Assembly: GCA_030704795.1 (NCBI GenBank)
Contig: JAUYCZ010000028.1
Location: 83,202 to 147,201, forward strand
Reading direction: 5' to 3'
DNA length: 64,000 nucleotides
Origin: a bacterium
GTDB lineage: Bacteria > Patescibacteriota > Minisyncoccia > Minisyncoccales > GWA2-46-15
The notes under the pieces: model-generated
What the model was told of the DNA's origin: nothing
Database searches by the model: none
The model's input: only the letters and a program-made list of their open reading frames with translations
Made by a program: the position numbers and the translations under genes
Part shown: positions 1 through 9,058 of the stretch, in pieces
Position numbering within the stretch: position 1 is the first letter of the stretch
Layout: each line of letters starts with the position of its first letter

Positions 1-1
1 T

Positions 2-1000
2 CGCTTTATCAATGGCCGTCCAGAAGAAGTGATCTTTACCAGAAATACCACCGAAAGCCTGAATTTGCTCGCTTACTCTTTGGTTTACAATCAGCTAAAG
101 CCTGGCGATGAAATCGCTGTTTCCATTATGGAACACCACGCCAATTTTGTTCCTTGGCAGCAGCTGGCTTTAAAGCGAGGCGCCAGACTTAAAATTATTG
201 ATATTGATGATAACGGATACTTAAAAACCCCGGAAAAAAGCATCACCAAAAAAACAAAGGTTCTGGCCTTAACTTATGTTTCCAATGTTTTAGGAACCAT
301 CAATCCAATTAAAGAGATTATCAAAAGGGCAAAGAAAATTAACCCCGGCACCATCACCATCATTGATGGCGCCCAAGCCGTCCCCCACCTTAAGGTTGAT
401 GTCCGGGATTTGGGTTGCGACTTTCTTGCCTTCTCCAGCCACAAAATGCTCGGACCGACGGGGGTGGGCATTCTTTGGGGCAGGAAAGAGGCCCTAGACG
501 AACTTTCCCCTTTCAACTATGGCGGAGAAATGATTAAAGAAGTTTATCCCGACAGAACCATTTTTGAGGACATTCCCTATAAATTCGAGGCCGGTACGCC
601 GGATATTGCCGGCGTCATTGCCTTTAGAGCTGCCATCGAATATTTAGAAAAAGTCGGCATGGAAAAAATCAGAAATCATGAAATGGAATTAACCGGTTAT
701 GCTTTAAAGCGGCTGACCGAGGAATTCAAAAGCGAGCTGAAAGTTTTCGGCCCAAAAAATACAAAAGACCGGGGCGGCGTTATCGCTTTTGCCTTCCAGG
801 ATTTCCATGGCCACGACATCGCCCAGATTTTAGCCGATGAGAATATTTGCGTGCGCGCCGGCCATCACTGCGCCATGCCCTTGCACCAAAGGCTGGGATT
901 AGCCTCCAGCGCCAGAGCCAGTTTTTATTTATATAATGACGAAAACGATGTCGAGAAATTAATTAAAGGCTTAAAAAAGGTTAGGAAAATTTTAGGATAG
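2..1000 (+). CDS. sufS: cysteine desulfurase, SufS/NifS-type class V aminotransferase (5' partial, runs off window start)
   Basis: The frame stays open back to base 2 (..FINGRPEEVIFTRNTTESLNL). It has the PLP-lysine motif SSHKMLGPTG and the active-site Cys loop RAGHHCAMPL. Confidence 0.9.
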   Translation, partial: RFINGRPEEVIFTRNTTESLNLLAYSLVYNQLKPGDEIAVSIMEHHANFVPWQQLALKRGARLKIIDIDDNGYLKTPEKSITKKTKVLALTYVSNVLGTINPIKEIIKRAKKINPGTITIIDGAQAVPHLKVDVRDLGCDFLAFSSHKMLGPTGVGILWGRKEALDELSPFNYGGEMIKEVYPDRTIFEDIPYKFEAGTPDIAGVIAFRAAIEYLEKVGMEKIRNHEMELTGYALKRLTEEFKSELKVFGPKNTKDRGGVIAFAFQDFHGHDIAQILADENICVRAGHHCAMPLHQRLGLASSARASFYLYNDENDVEKLIKGLKKVRKILG

Positions 1001-1003
1001 GAT

Positions 1004-1420
1004 ATGTCGGTCAACATCTATAAAGAAATAATTCTTGAGCATTGGAAAAACCCTCACAATTACGGTCGGATTCCCCGACCCGCAAGACCCAGTCTTAAGC
1101 TGGTCCAAGGTCGGGTCTTAAATCCTTCTTGTGGAGATGAGATCGAGATGACGGTTTTGCTATCTGGCAGCAGAATAAACAAGTTTGATTCTGGTGAAAT
1201 AAAAGAAATTAAGTTTCAGGGTCGGGGCTGCGTCATTTCCCGGGCGTCCGCCTCTTTACTGACAGATTATATCAAAGGAAAAGATTTAAAAAAAATAGCA
1301 AATTTGAAAAAAGAGTTTATTATTAAATTATTAGGAGTTCCGATATCGATTTCCCGCTTGAAATGCGCTCTCTTGCCCCTAGAAGCTCTAAAACAGATAA
1401 TCAATGACAAAAAATCTTAA
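1004..1420 (+). CDS. sufU: SufU/IscU-like Fe-S cluster scaffold
   Basis: Contains NPSCGDEIEM, GRGCVISRASASL and LKCALLPLEAL motifs typical of SufU/NifU-N. It lies directly after sufS. Confidence 0.8.
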   Translation: MSVNIYKEIILEHWKNPHNYGRIPRPARPSLKLVQGRVLNPSCGDEIEMTVLLSGSRINKFDSGEIKEIKFQGRGCVISRASASLLTDYIKGKDLKKIANLKKEFIIKLLGVPISISRLKCALLPLEALKQIINDKKS

Positions 1421-1676
1421 AGATCCAAAAGCGCCCTCTGGGCCAACCAAAGTTGGCCAGTTTATTGTTCATATTGACCGGGATTTATGCATCGGCGCCG
1501 GCACTTGTGTCGCCCTCGCCCTTAAGGCTTTTGCTCTCGACGAGCAGGGTAAGGCCGTCATTTTAGACAGCGCGGATAAAGAAACCGAAGATATGCTTTT
1601 GGAGGCGGCTAGATCCTGCCCGACCGCGGCCATTATTCTGAAAAAAGAAAGTGGGGAAAAAATCTTTCCTCAGTGA
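1404..1676 (+). CDS. small ferredoxin (single [4Fe-4S]/[3Fe-4S] type)
   Basis: Contains CIGAGTC...SCPTAAI cysteine motifs. It overlaps the sufU end by 17 nt. Confidence 0.7.
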   Translation: MTKNLKDPKAPSGPTKVGQFIVHIDRDLCIGAGTCVALALKAFALDEQGKAVILDSADKETEDMLLEAARSCPTAAIILKKESGEKIFPQ

Positions 1677-1681
1677 TATAT

Positions 1682-2410
1682 ATGGAACTCTTCAAAACTA
1701 CCTTAATTGACAAGCGGCAATTAGCCCCAGATATATGGCAGTTCCGTTTCCAATTAGACAATCCCTCGGAACTTAATTTCACTCCTGGCCAATACCTCAT
1801 TCTAATGATTGGCGAGCAGAGGCGGCTTTATTCAATCGCTTCTTCGGATTCTCTCAAGGATAACTTTAGTTTAATCGTCAAGTTATTGCCGGACGGGGTT
1901 GGTTCTAATTTTCTCCGGTCATTGGAAATTGATGGACGGGCCTTTTTCCAGGGACCGGCCGGTTTTTTCACTCTCCGGTCCCAAGATAAACCCAAAGTCT
2001 TTTTGGCGGCCGGCGCCGGCATCGCCCCCATCCGATCTCAGATTTTTTCTCTTCTGGAAAAGGAAGGAGGTCATCTGCCCGAACTGCTTCTGTTTTGGGG
2101 ATTGAAAAGAAAAGAAGATGTTTACTTTTTCGATGAATTCAATGAGTTGTCAGAAAAATGTTCCAATTTTAATTTTTGGATTTGTTTAGACCAGGAAGAA
2201 AACTTTCTCGGCCTCGACGTCGACCGTTTCCGGAGGGGCCGGGTCGACCAGGCTTTCCAGGGTTTTGTCAAAGAAAAAAGGATCAAGACGGACCAACTGA
2301 ATGATTTTGAGTATTATCTTTGCGGCGCCCGAGAAATTGTCGAATCCCTTAACCAGTTCCTCCAAGATCTGGGCGTCAAAAAAGAAAATATCTTTTTCGA
2401 TAAGTTTTGA
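1682..2410 (+). CDS. ferredoxin-NADP reductase-like FAD/NAD(P)-binding oxidoreductase
   Basis: Has the RLYSIAS flavin-binding motif (RxYS) and the GAGIAPIRS NAD(P)-binding motif. I prefer the ATG at 1682 over the GTG at 1673. Confidence 0.75.
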   Translation: MELFKTTLIDKRQLAPDIWQFRFQLDNPSELNFTPGQYLILMIGEQRRLYSIASSDSLKDNFSLIVKLLPDGVGSNFLRSLEIDGRAFFQGPAGFFTLRSQDKPKVFLAAGAGIAPIRSQIFSLLEKEGGHLPELLLFWGLKRKEDVYFFDEFNELSEKCSNFNFWICLDQEENFLGLDVDRFRRGRVDQAFQGFVKEKRIKTDQLNDFEYYLCGAREIVESLNQFLQDLGVKKENIFFDKF

Positions 2411-2414
2411 CGGT

Positions 2415-2437
2415 TGTGCGAAGCCTCGCTTCGCACA
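2415..2437. repeat. perfect 10-bp stem hairpin (TGTGCGAAGC-CTC-GCTTCGCACA), partial member of the CCTCGCTTCGC repeat family
   Basis: I checked the reverse complement by eye. It sits between the FNR-like stop (2410) and the DUF59 ATG (2449). Confidence 0.7.
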
Positions 2438-2448
2438 AGAACAAATTG

Positions 2449-2748
2449 ATGAAAAACAAGGTGTGGAGAGCTCGAAGAGCTCTGGAGAAAGTAATGGATC
2501 CGGAACTCAATATTCCGATAACTGATTTGGGGCTGATTTATGATGTTAAAGAAAAAGATGGCCTCGTTAATATCAAAATGACTTTAACAAGCCTTGGTTG
2601 TCCCCTCTTTGGCCAAATCGAGAAAGACATTAGAGAGGCGGTTCTGCAGATCAAGGGCGTCAAAAGCGTTGAAATCGAATTGGTCTTTGACCCGCCCTGG
2701 ACAAAAGAAATGCTGTCCAAGGAAGCCCGGGTTAAATTGGGCATCTAA
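2449..2748 (+). CDS. DUF59/MIP18-family Fe-S assembly protein (SufT/PaaD-like)
   Basis: Contains the motif DPELNIPITDLGLIYDV...LTSLGCPL. I prefer the ATG at 2449 because the TTG at 2407 would translate through the hairpin. Confidence 0.75.
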   Translation: MKNKVWRARRALEKVMDPELNIPITDLGLIYDVKEKDGLVNIKMTLTSLGCPLFGQIEKDIREAVLQIKGVKSVEIELVFDPPWTKEMLSKEARVKLGI

Positions 2749-2793
2749 ATTAAAAATAATCTTTGGGAATTAATAAATTTTAACCATTAATAT

Positions 2794-3369
2794 ATGTACG
2801 AAGCGAAAAACTATGAGCATCTCTTGGGCCTGCCGGGCTTTTCCGACAACGCTCTAAAAACTCACTTTACTCTCTACCAGGGATATGTTACCAACACCAA
2901 CAAGTTCCTGGAGATTTTAGCCAAAGAAGGGACAGACTCCCCGGATTTCGCCGGTTTCAAGCGAAGATTCGGCTGGGAATTCAATGGCATGCGCCTCCAC
3001 GAGTATTACTTTGGCACCCTGTCCAAAACCCCCGTTAAGCTTACAGAGGACGGGCCTCTGTTGGCTAAGATCAAAGAGGATTCTGGTAGCTATGAAAACT
3101 GGGAAAAGGATTTCAAGGCCACCGCTATGATGCGCGGCATCGGCTGGGCAATTCTCTATCATGACCCGATCGCTGATAAGCTGATTAATGTCTGGATAGA
3201 ACAGCATCATTCTGGCCATTTGGCCGGGTTAAAGCCATTGCTGAACATCGACGTTTTTGAGCACGCCTTTATGCTTGACTATGGCACCAAAAGAGCCGAT
3301 TACATCGAAGCCTTTATGAAAGTGATCGACTGGAAGGTAGTCGAGGAGAGGTTCGCTCAAGCGGAATAA
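2794..3369 (+). CDS. sodA: Fe/Mn superoxide dismutase family protein (divergent)
   Basis: The C-terminal DVFEHAFMLDYG matches the SOD D-x-W-E-H-A-Y-Y-L motif. The N-terminal LKTHFTLYQGYV is a divergent form of the HHxxHH..YV region. Confidence 0.7.
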   Translation: MYEAKNYEHLLGLPGFSDNALKTHFTLYQGYVTNTNKFLEILAKEGTDSPDFAGFKRRFGWEFNGMRLHEYYFGTLSKTPVKLTEDGPLLAKIKEDSGSYENWEKDFKATAMMRGIGWAILYHDPIADKLINVWIEQHHSGHLAGLKPLLNIDVFEHAFMLDYGTKRADYIEAFMKVIDWKVVEERFAQAE

Positions 3370-3386
3370 GAGGATAAAGGGCAAAG

Positions 3387-3410
3387 CCGCCCCTTTCGAG
3401 GGGCGGTTTT
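3387..3410 (+). terminator. Rho-independent terminator (CCGCCCCT-TTCG-AGGGGCGG-TTTT), possibly bidirectional with glmS
   Basis: An 8-bp GC-rich stem with a tetraloop and a T-run, located between convergent sod and glmS. Confidence 0.7.
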
Positions 3411-3411
3411 G

Positions 3412-5247
3412 TCATTCCACCGTCACCGACTTGGCCAGATTTCGTGGACGATCTACGTCACGGCCCAGTTTTTTAGCCAGGTAATAAGCGAAAAGGTGGA
3501 GCGGGATAACCGATAATAACGGCGTGAGCATTTCCAGCGTCTGGGGAATATAGATAACGTCGTCAACCAGCCTTTCCAGTTCCTGGTTCCCTATTGTTGT
3601 CACGGCGATCACTTTCCCTTTTCTGGCTTTGATTTCCTGGACATTGGAAATGGTTTTTTCATAGACGCTGTCTTTGGGAGCTAAAACCAGAGAAGGAAAA
3701 TTCTCGTCTATCAGGGCAATGGGGCCGTGTTTCATCTCTCCGGCCGGACAAGCCTCGGCATGGATATAGGAAACTTCTTTGAGCTTTAAGGCGCCTTCTA
3801 GAGCGACCGGGAAGTTGTATTTTCTTCCCAGATACAAAAAGTTTTTGTAGGCGGAATACTTCTCTGCCAGAATCCTGATTTTGTCTGACTGGAGTAAGAT
3901 GGATCTCATCTTTTCGGGAAGTTCCAGGAGCTCGCCCAAGATTTCTTTACCGGCGACCAAAGACATCTTCCTCTCTCTGGCCAAAAAGATCATCAGAAGG
4001 ACCAGGTCGGCGATCTGGGTGGTAAAAGCCTTGGTTGAGGCGACGGCAAATTCCGACCCGGCGTGGGAGTAAATTCCCGCGTCTACGGTTCTGGCAATAG
4101 TCGACCCCACCACATTAACTATGCCCAGGGTTAAAGCACCTTTTTCTTTAGCCTCTTTAACGGCGGCTAAGGTGTCCGCCGTTTCCCCTGACTGAGAAAC
4201 AGCGACAACCAGGGTTTTATCATTAATAATCGGCTTTCGATAGCGAAACTCCGAAGCTAAATCAACTTCGGTCGTGATTTCTGCATACTCTTCAAAAAAG
4301 TATTCGCCGACTAAAGCCGCATAAGAGGCGGTGCCGCAAGCGACCATGACGACTTTCTCGATTTGCCTCAATCTTTCCTCAATCATCTCCAGGCCGCCAA
4401 GCTTTGTCCGGCCTTCTTGTAAAATCAATCTTCCCCGAAGGGTATTTTCCAGAGCCAAAGGCTCTTCAAATATTTCTTTTATCATGAAGTCAGGGAAGTC
4501 GCCTTTATCCGCTTCTTTTATTTCAAAGTCAATTACCCCTTTTTTGGCGGCCACTTCGTGTCCCAGAAAAGATTCAATTGTATAGCTACCCTTGTCTACA
4601 AAGACAACCTCGCCGTCGTCTAAATAAATGACGTTTTTAGTGATTAGAGAGATCGGCGTCGGGTCGGAGGCAAAAATAAACTCGTTGTCCCCTACTCCCA
4701 GAATCAGGGGACCCGAGAACCGTGCCCCGACCAACAGTTGAGGATAATCGCTGTTGAATATCAATAAGGCGAAACTTCCCTTAACGATCTTTAGAGATTG
4801 CCTGACGGCTTCCTTGTATTCCAGTCCCTGCTTTAAAAACTCTTCAATTAAATGAGGGATAACTTCGGTGTCGGTTTCTGAACGGAACTTGTGCCCCTTT
4901 TCAACAAGACTGTTTTTTATTACTTGAAAGTTTTCAATAATGCCGTTGTGAACAACAAAGATTTTCTTGGCGCAATCCCAATGAGGATGAGCATTGACCT
5001 TAGTCACGCCGCCATGGGTGGCCCAGCGGGTATGACCGATTGCTAAACTCCCCTCTTTGTCAAGCTGGGCAGTTTTAACGAATTCTTGGATTCGGCCGGG
5101 TTGTTTTTCCAGATAAACCTCTTTTTTATCTTGGTCATAGACCAAAACCCCGATGGAGTCATAGCCGCGGTATTCGAGGCGCTTGAGGCCCTCGATGACG
5201 ATGGGCAGGGCGCGCTTTGAACCGATGTAACCAATAATACCGCACAT
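3412..5247 (-). CDS. glmS: glutamine--fructose-6-phosphate aminotransferase
   Basis: Has the N-terminal MCGIIGYIG nucleophile Cys, two SIS domains and the C-terminal KSVTVE. Confidence 0.95.
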   Translation of the reverse strand: MCGIIGYIGSKRALPIVIEGLKRLEYRGYDSIGVLVYDQDKKEVYLEKQPGRIQEFVKTAQLDKEGSLAIGHTRWATHGGVTKVNAHPHWDCAKKIFVVHNGIIENFQVIKNSLVEKGHKFRSETDTEVIPHLIEEFLKQGLEYKEAVRQSLKIVKGSFALLIFNSDYPQLLVGARFSGPLILGVGDNEFIFASDPTPISLITKNVIYLDDGEVVFVDKGSYTIESFLGHEVAAKKGVIDFEIKEADKGDFPDFMIKEIFEEPLALENTLRGRLILQEGRTKLGGLEMIEERLRQIEKVVMVACGTASYAALVGEYFFEEYAEITTEVDLASEFRYRKPIINDKTLVVAVSQSGETADTLAAVKEAKEKGALTLGIVNVVGSTIARTVDAGIYSHAGSEFAVASTKAFTTQIADLVLLMIFLARERKMSLVAGKEILGELLELPEKMRSILLQSDKIRILAEKYSAYKNFLYLGRKYNFPVALEGALKLKEVSYIHAEACPAGEMKHGPIALIDENFPSLVLAPKDSVYEKTISNVQEIKARKGKVIAVTTIGNQELERLVDDVIYIPQTLEMLTPLLSVIPLHLFAYYLAKKLGRDVDRPRNLAKSVTVE

Positions 5248-5249
5248 GG

Positions 5250-5951
5250 CTAGAAAATAATTTTTTGATGTTTCTGGCGCCAGATTTTGATTTTTTGGTG
5301 ATGTCCCTGAAGTAAAACTTTAGGCACGGGCCAACTTTCTCCTTTTTTGGCTTGCCCGCCGATGAGGCGGGGCGAAAAAGTCTCTGGTCGGGTGTATTGC
5401 GGATATTCTGTAAATGCTCGACTGCTCCTGCCTTTTTGTTTGGGCATTCTTTCTTCCAATAGTTCTGAATGTCCCAAAACACCGGGTATAAGTCTTGAAA
5501 CCGATTCGATAACGGTCATTGCCGGCACCTCCCCGCCCATCAAGACGTAGTCGCCCACGGAAACTTTTTCATCCACCAATTTATTGACCCTTTCGTCAAT
5601 TCCTTCGTAGCGCCCGCAGATCATCACTATGCGTTTTAATTTGGAGTATTGGTGGGCTAACTTTTGATTAAATTTTTTCCCCCTCGGCGAAAACAAGACA
5701 ATTTTGGAATCTGGGCTTTGGATTTTTAATGCCTTCAGAGCACTATATATCGGCTCCAGCTTGAGCACCATTCCTCGGCCGCCGCCAAAAGGCCTGTCAT
5801 CGACGGTGCGGTGCTTATCTTTGGCCCAATCCCTCAGATCAAAAACCCGAATCCGGATCAGTTTCTTTCCCTGAGCCCTTTTAATAATCGACTCCCCTAA
5901 AAAGGAGTCAAAAAAACGAGGAAAAATGGTAATGATATCAAAGGTAATCAT
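5250..5951 (-). CDS. trmD: tRNA (guanine37-N1)-methyltransferase
   Basis: Contains MITFDIITIFP..., DDRPFGGGRGMV and GRYEGIDERV motifs. The ATG at 5951 was verified on the sequence. Confidence 0.9.
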   Translation of the reverse strand: MITFDIITIFPRFFDSFLGESIIKRAQGKKLIRIRVFDLRDWAKDKHRTVDDRPFGGGRGMVLKLEPIYSALKALKIQSPDSKIVLFSPRGKKFNQKLAHQYSKLKRIVMICGRYEGIDERVNKLVDEKVSVGDYVLMGGEVPAMTVIESVSRLIPGVLGHSELLEERMPKQKGRSSRAFTEYPQYTRPETFSPRLIGGQAKKGESWPVPKVLLQGHHQKIKIWRQKHQKIIF

Positions 5952-6033
5952 TTTTAGAACAAGAAACAAAAACGGCACTACCTTTCATGATAATACCGTT
6001 CTTGCTGGTTGTAAATTAACCAAAATTTCTTCT

Positions 6034-6354
6034 CTAGAGTTTGAGGTCTTCCAGGCCAGTTCCGACATCTCCTACGGGCATTTTACTCGGAGCTCTTCCG
6101 CCTTCCGGTTCCTCAATCTTGAGGTTGACCCGGGCGTGGTTTTTCAAGCCAACGATCCTGACCAAGCCTCTAATTGACCTGGCAGTCGCGCCGCCCCGGC
6201 CAATGATCTGACCCATGTCTTCTGAATTCAGCCTTAAGGAAAGCAAAACCCCCATTTCATCAACCTTTCTGTCAACCTTGACGTCTTCGGGGTGATCGAC
6301 CAAGGCCTTGATGATAAATTCCAGAAAATCCTGGTCGGCAATTACTTTTGACAT
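6034..6354 (-). CDS. KH-domain RNA-binding protein (YlqC/UPF0109-like)
   Basis: Has an IIGRGGATARSIR GxxG KH loop and the conserved position between rpsP and trmD. Confidence 0.75.
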   Translation of the reverse strand: MSKVIADQDFLEFIIKALVDHPEDVKVDRKVDEMGVLLSLRLNSEDMGQIIGRGGATARSIRGLVRIVGLKNHARVNLKIEEPEGGRAPSKMPVGDVGTGLEDLKL

Positions 6355-6420
6355 TTTCCCTTGGTGTTAAAGAATCTTTCAATTAATCTGATCGACCTTT
6401 CGGCAGGAGTAATTATCTAA

Positions 6421-6798
6421 TCATAATTGTAGCTCGTCTTTTTTCTTTGTCAACTCTGGTTCTGAGGCTGGCTCGGCTGGGGCCGCAGATGGCGCGGATA
6501 CGGGTGCTTTTGATTCTGGCTTCGGTTCTGATTTCTTGAGAGTGATTTTTCTTTTTTCTCCCGTTATGATCTTGGCGGTCACTAAAAGATTATAAACCGT
6601 ATCTGATGGCTTGGCTCCCATCTTTAACCAGTGCTTCAGGCGTTCTTCATTGAAAGCTCTTTCTTTAGTGAGCGGGTTGTAGAAACCCAAATCTTCAACA
6701 AAAACACCCGCTCGTGGCGGTCGACTCTTTTCGGTCACGACGATTTTAAAGATTGGTTGATTCTTTTTTCCGACCCTAAACAGTCTGATAACTAACAT
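6421..6798 (-). CDS. rpsP: 30S ribosomal protein S16
   Basis: MLVIRLFRVGKKNQPIFKIVV... with a Pro/Ala/Glu-rich tail. Confidence 0.9.
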   Translation of the reverse strand: MLVIRLFRVGKKNQPIFKIVVTEKSRPPRAGVFVEDLGFYNPLTKERAFNEERLKHWLKMGAKPSDTVYNLLVTAKIITGEKRKITLKKSEPKPESKAPVSAPSAAPAEPASEPELTKKKDELQL

Positions 6799-6808
6799 GT
6801 TTTACAGG

Positions 6809-7501
6809 CTACCATTTTTTAATCTCTAAAGCTTTTTTCGCGGCTCTTTCTTCCGCCTCTTGCTTCGACAAGCCTTCGCCTTTGGCGACTAATTTATTTT
6901 CCAGAAAGACACCGATCTCAAAATGCTTGGCGTGATCGGGTCCGGATTCCTGCAAGACTTTGTAAACAGGGGTAATACTCGTTTTTTCCTGAGCTTCTTC
7001 CTGGAAGCGGGATTTAGAATCTTTGAAAAGTCCTTGACGGATGATCTCGGACAGCTTATTTAAGAGATGCTTTTTGATAAAAGTTTTGCAGGCCTCGTAC
7101 CCCCGATCCAGATAAAAGGAACCAATAAAGGCTTCGAGGGAATTGGCCAGAATAAAATCCCTGGCCTTGCCCGTATCCTTTGTTTCACCCCGGGAAAGCA
7201 ACAGGTATTCATTAAAATCAAGTTTCCGGGCGGTTTGAGTCAGACTCTCGGCGTTAACCAGGGCGGCCCGCCAGGAAGTCAGCTCGCCTTCTGTTTTCTT
7301 CGGGTAGTGACGATAAAGAAACTCGGTGACAACTAGTTCTAAAACAGCATCGCCCAAAAACTCTAATCTTTCGTTGTGCTCGAGAGAAAAATCATGGTTT
7401 TCATTGAGATAGGAACGGTGGCAAAAAGCCTGAGCGAGTAAATTTTTATCCTTAAAATTTATCTCGAGTTCTTTCTCTAATCTGGAAAAATTCTTCATCA
7501 A
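6809..7501 (-). CDS. rnc: ribonuclease III
   Basis: Has the NERLEFLGDAVLE signature and a C-terminal dsRBD (SKQEAEERAAKKAL). Confidence 0.9.
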   Translation of the reverse strand: MMKNFSRLEKELEINFKDKNLLAQAFCHRSYLNENHDFSLEHNERLEFLGDAVLELVVTEFLYRHYPKKTEGELTSWRAALVNAESLTQTARKLDFNEYLLLSRGETKDTGKARDFILANSLEAFIGSFYLDRGYEACKTFIKKHLLNKLSEIIRQGLFKDSKSRFQEEAQEKTSITPVYKVLQESGPDHAKHFEIGVFLENKLVAKGEGLSKQEAEERAAKKALEIKKW

Positions 7502-7513
7502 TCAATAATTTAT

Positions 7514-7951
7514 TTATTCCGACGGAGTTAAATTCTGTATTTGTTGGTAGACGGTGCCTAAAACGCCATTGACAAAGCGACCCGAACTTTCACCGCCAAA
7601 AGATTTGGCTAACTCAATCGCTTCATTGATGGCCACCTTGGGCGGCACCTCCTCTTTCTTAGTATAAAGAAGCTCAAAAAGGCCGATGCGCAAGACATTC
7701 CGATCAACGGCCGTGATTTGTTCCAGGGGCCATTCTGGTGCTGACTGGACAATGATCTTGTCGATCTGAGGCAAGTGATCAATGACACCCCCGACCAATT
7801 GCCAAACAAAATCTTGGTTTTCCAAACCTGGCCCGAATTCTTTAAAATTCTTTTCCACAACTTTCTTAATCGTCTCTCTTTCTTGGCCGTAAAAATCCCA
7901 TTCAAAAAGCGATTGGAGAGCGATTGAGCGTGATAAATGACGACTGGCCAT
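7514..7951 (-). CDS. nusB: transcription antitermination factor NusB
   Basis: Contains R..A.Q.L...D and [23 protein letters not shown] motifs. Confidence 0.85.
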   Translation of the reverse strand: MASRHLSRSIALQSLFEWDFYGQERETIKKVVEKNFKEFGPGLENQDFVWQLVGGVIDHLPQIDKIIVQSAPEWPLEQITAVDRNVLRIGLFELLYTKKEEVPPKVAINEAIELAKSFGGESSGRFVNGVLGTVYQQIQNLTPSE

Positions 7952-7962
7952 TTTGGTGTTTC

Positions 7963-8220
7963 TTAAGGTTCTTTTTCCTGTTTCTTTTCCTTGGGCTCGA
8001 GCCCTTTTTCGGCTCGTTTCTTTTTCTTTTTCTCTGCCTTTTTCAAAACGTCAATGACTTCTCTGTTATGGTAGTAGCCGCAGTTCTGGCAAATAGTGTG
8101 CGGCATCGTCGGTTTCTGGCAGTGGGAACAAATAACTAAAGTCGGAGGCCGCAAGAAAATCTGCGATCTCCGTTTATTCCTCCTTGATTTAGTGTGTCTT
8201 TGTTTTGGTACGCCACCCAT
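7963..8220 (-). CDS. rpmF: 50S ribosomal protein L32 with Lys-rich C-terminal tail
   Basis: [17 protein letters not shown] plus a CxxC...CxxC zinc ribbon. Confidence 0.85.
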   Translation of the reverse strand: MGGVPKQRHTKSRRNKRRSQIFLRPPTLVICSHCQKPTMPHTICQNCGYYHNREVIDVLKKAEKKKKKRAEKGLEPKEKKQEKEP

Positions 8221-8282
8221 GACTTTAAAATATCTTGGTTGTCGATATTACTTTTTTAGCATAACAGATAATCGGTTTTCTT

Positions 8283-8960
8283 TCAAGCCTTGTCCCTTAC
8301 GGGCGCAAAACTGAGACGATGAATTCTAGAGCAACCATACTTTTTTAACCGTTGTAGGTGTAGTTTGGTGCCGTAACCTTTATGCAAATCAAAGCGGTAG
8401 CGCGGATACTTCTGGTGATAACGGATCATGATTCTGTCTCTGGTCACCTTGGCCAGAACGGAGGCGGCGGCGCAGGAAAAAACTTTCTCATCGGCCCGGA
8501 TAATTGATTTTTGCGGCAAAGACAGACCGAGCCGGAAATTTCCGTCCAATATCAAAAAACTCACCGGCGCAAAATTTACACGATCGTGGAAATTTCGCAC
8601 CGATGACCTTCTTCTAATTTTCTTTACTAAATTCTTAACGGCTTTTTCCATGGCCAGCTTGGTTGCCTCTAAGACGTTGATTCTATCAATAACTTTTTCT
8701 GAAACCACGCCAATCCCCCATTGTATTCCCTTGTCTTTGGTTATTAACTCGTAAGCTCGCTCCCTTTGTCGAGGCGAAAGTTTTTTGGAATCTTTAATGC
8801 TTTTTAAATTTTCAATTTTTATTTTGTAATTTTTAATAACGGTGGCGGCGGCCACGACCGGACCGGCCAATGCCCCGCGGCCGGCTTCGTCTAAGCCCAC
8901 GACGGTCCGGTATCCATTTTTCCAAAGCCTTTTTTCTTCCGTTAGATTGGGATATTTCAT
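8283..8960 (-). CDS. rnhB: ribonuclease HII
   Basis: Contains GLDEAGRGALAGPVV and DSKKLS motifs. Confidence 0.9.
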   Translation of the reverse strand: MKYPNLTEEKRLWKNGYRTVVGLDEAGRGALAGPVVAAATVIKNYKIKIENLKSIKDSKKLSPRQRERAYELITKDKGIQWGIGVVSEKVIDRINVLEATKLAMEKAVKNLVKKIRRRSSVRNFHDRVNFAPVSFLILDGNFRLGLSLPQKSIIRADEKVFSCAAASVLAKVTRDRIMIRYHQKYPRYRFDLHKGYGTKLHLQRLKKYGCSRIHRLSFAPVRDKA

Positions 8961-8988
8961 TTAAGAATTATAGCATCTTGGGTCCGGT

Positions 8989-9017
8989 TTGACTTACTTC
9001 TTGTCAAAAAGTAAAAT
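8989..9017 (+). promoter_or_regulatory. sigma70-like promoter for dnaE (TTGACT-17 nt-TAAAAT)
   Basis: I counted the spacing on the sequence. It lies 42 nt upstream of the dnaE ATG in a divergent intergenic region. Confidence 0.5.
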
Positions 9018-9058
9018 AGTATAACGCTTAAGGAAGATATTATACGAGCGCCACCGAC

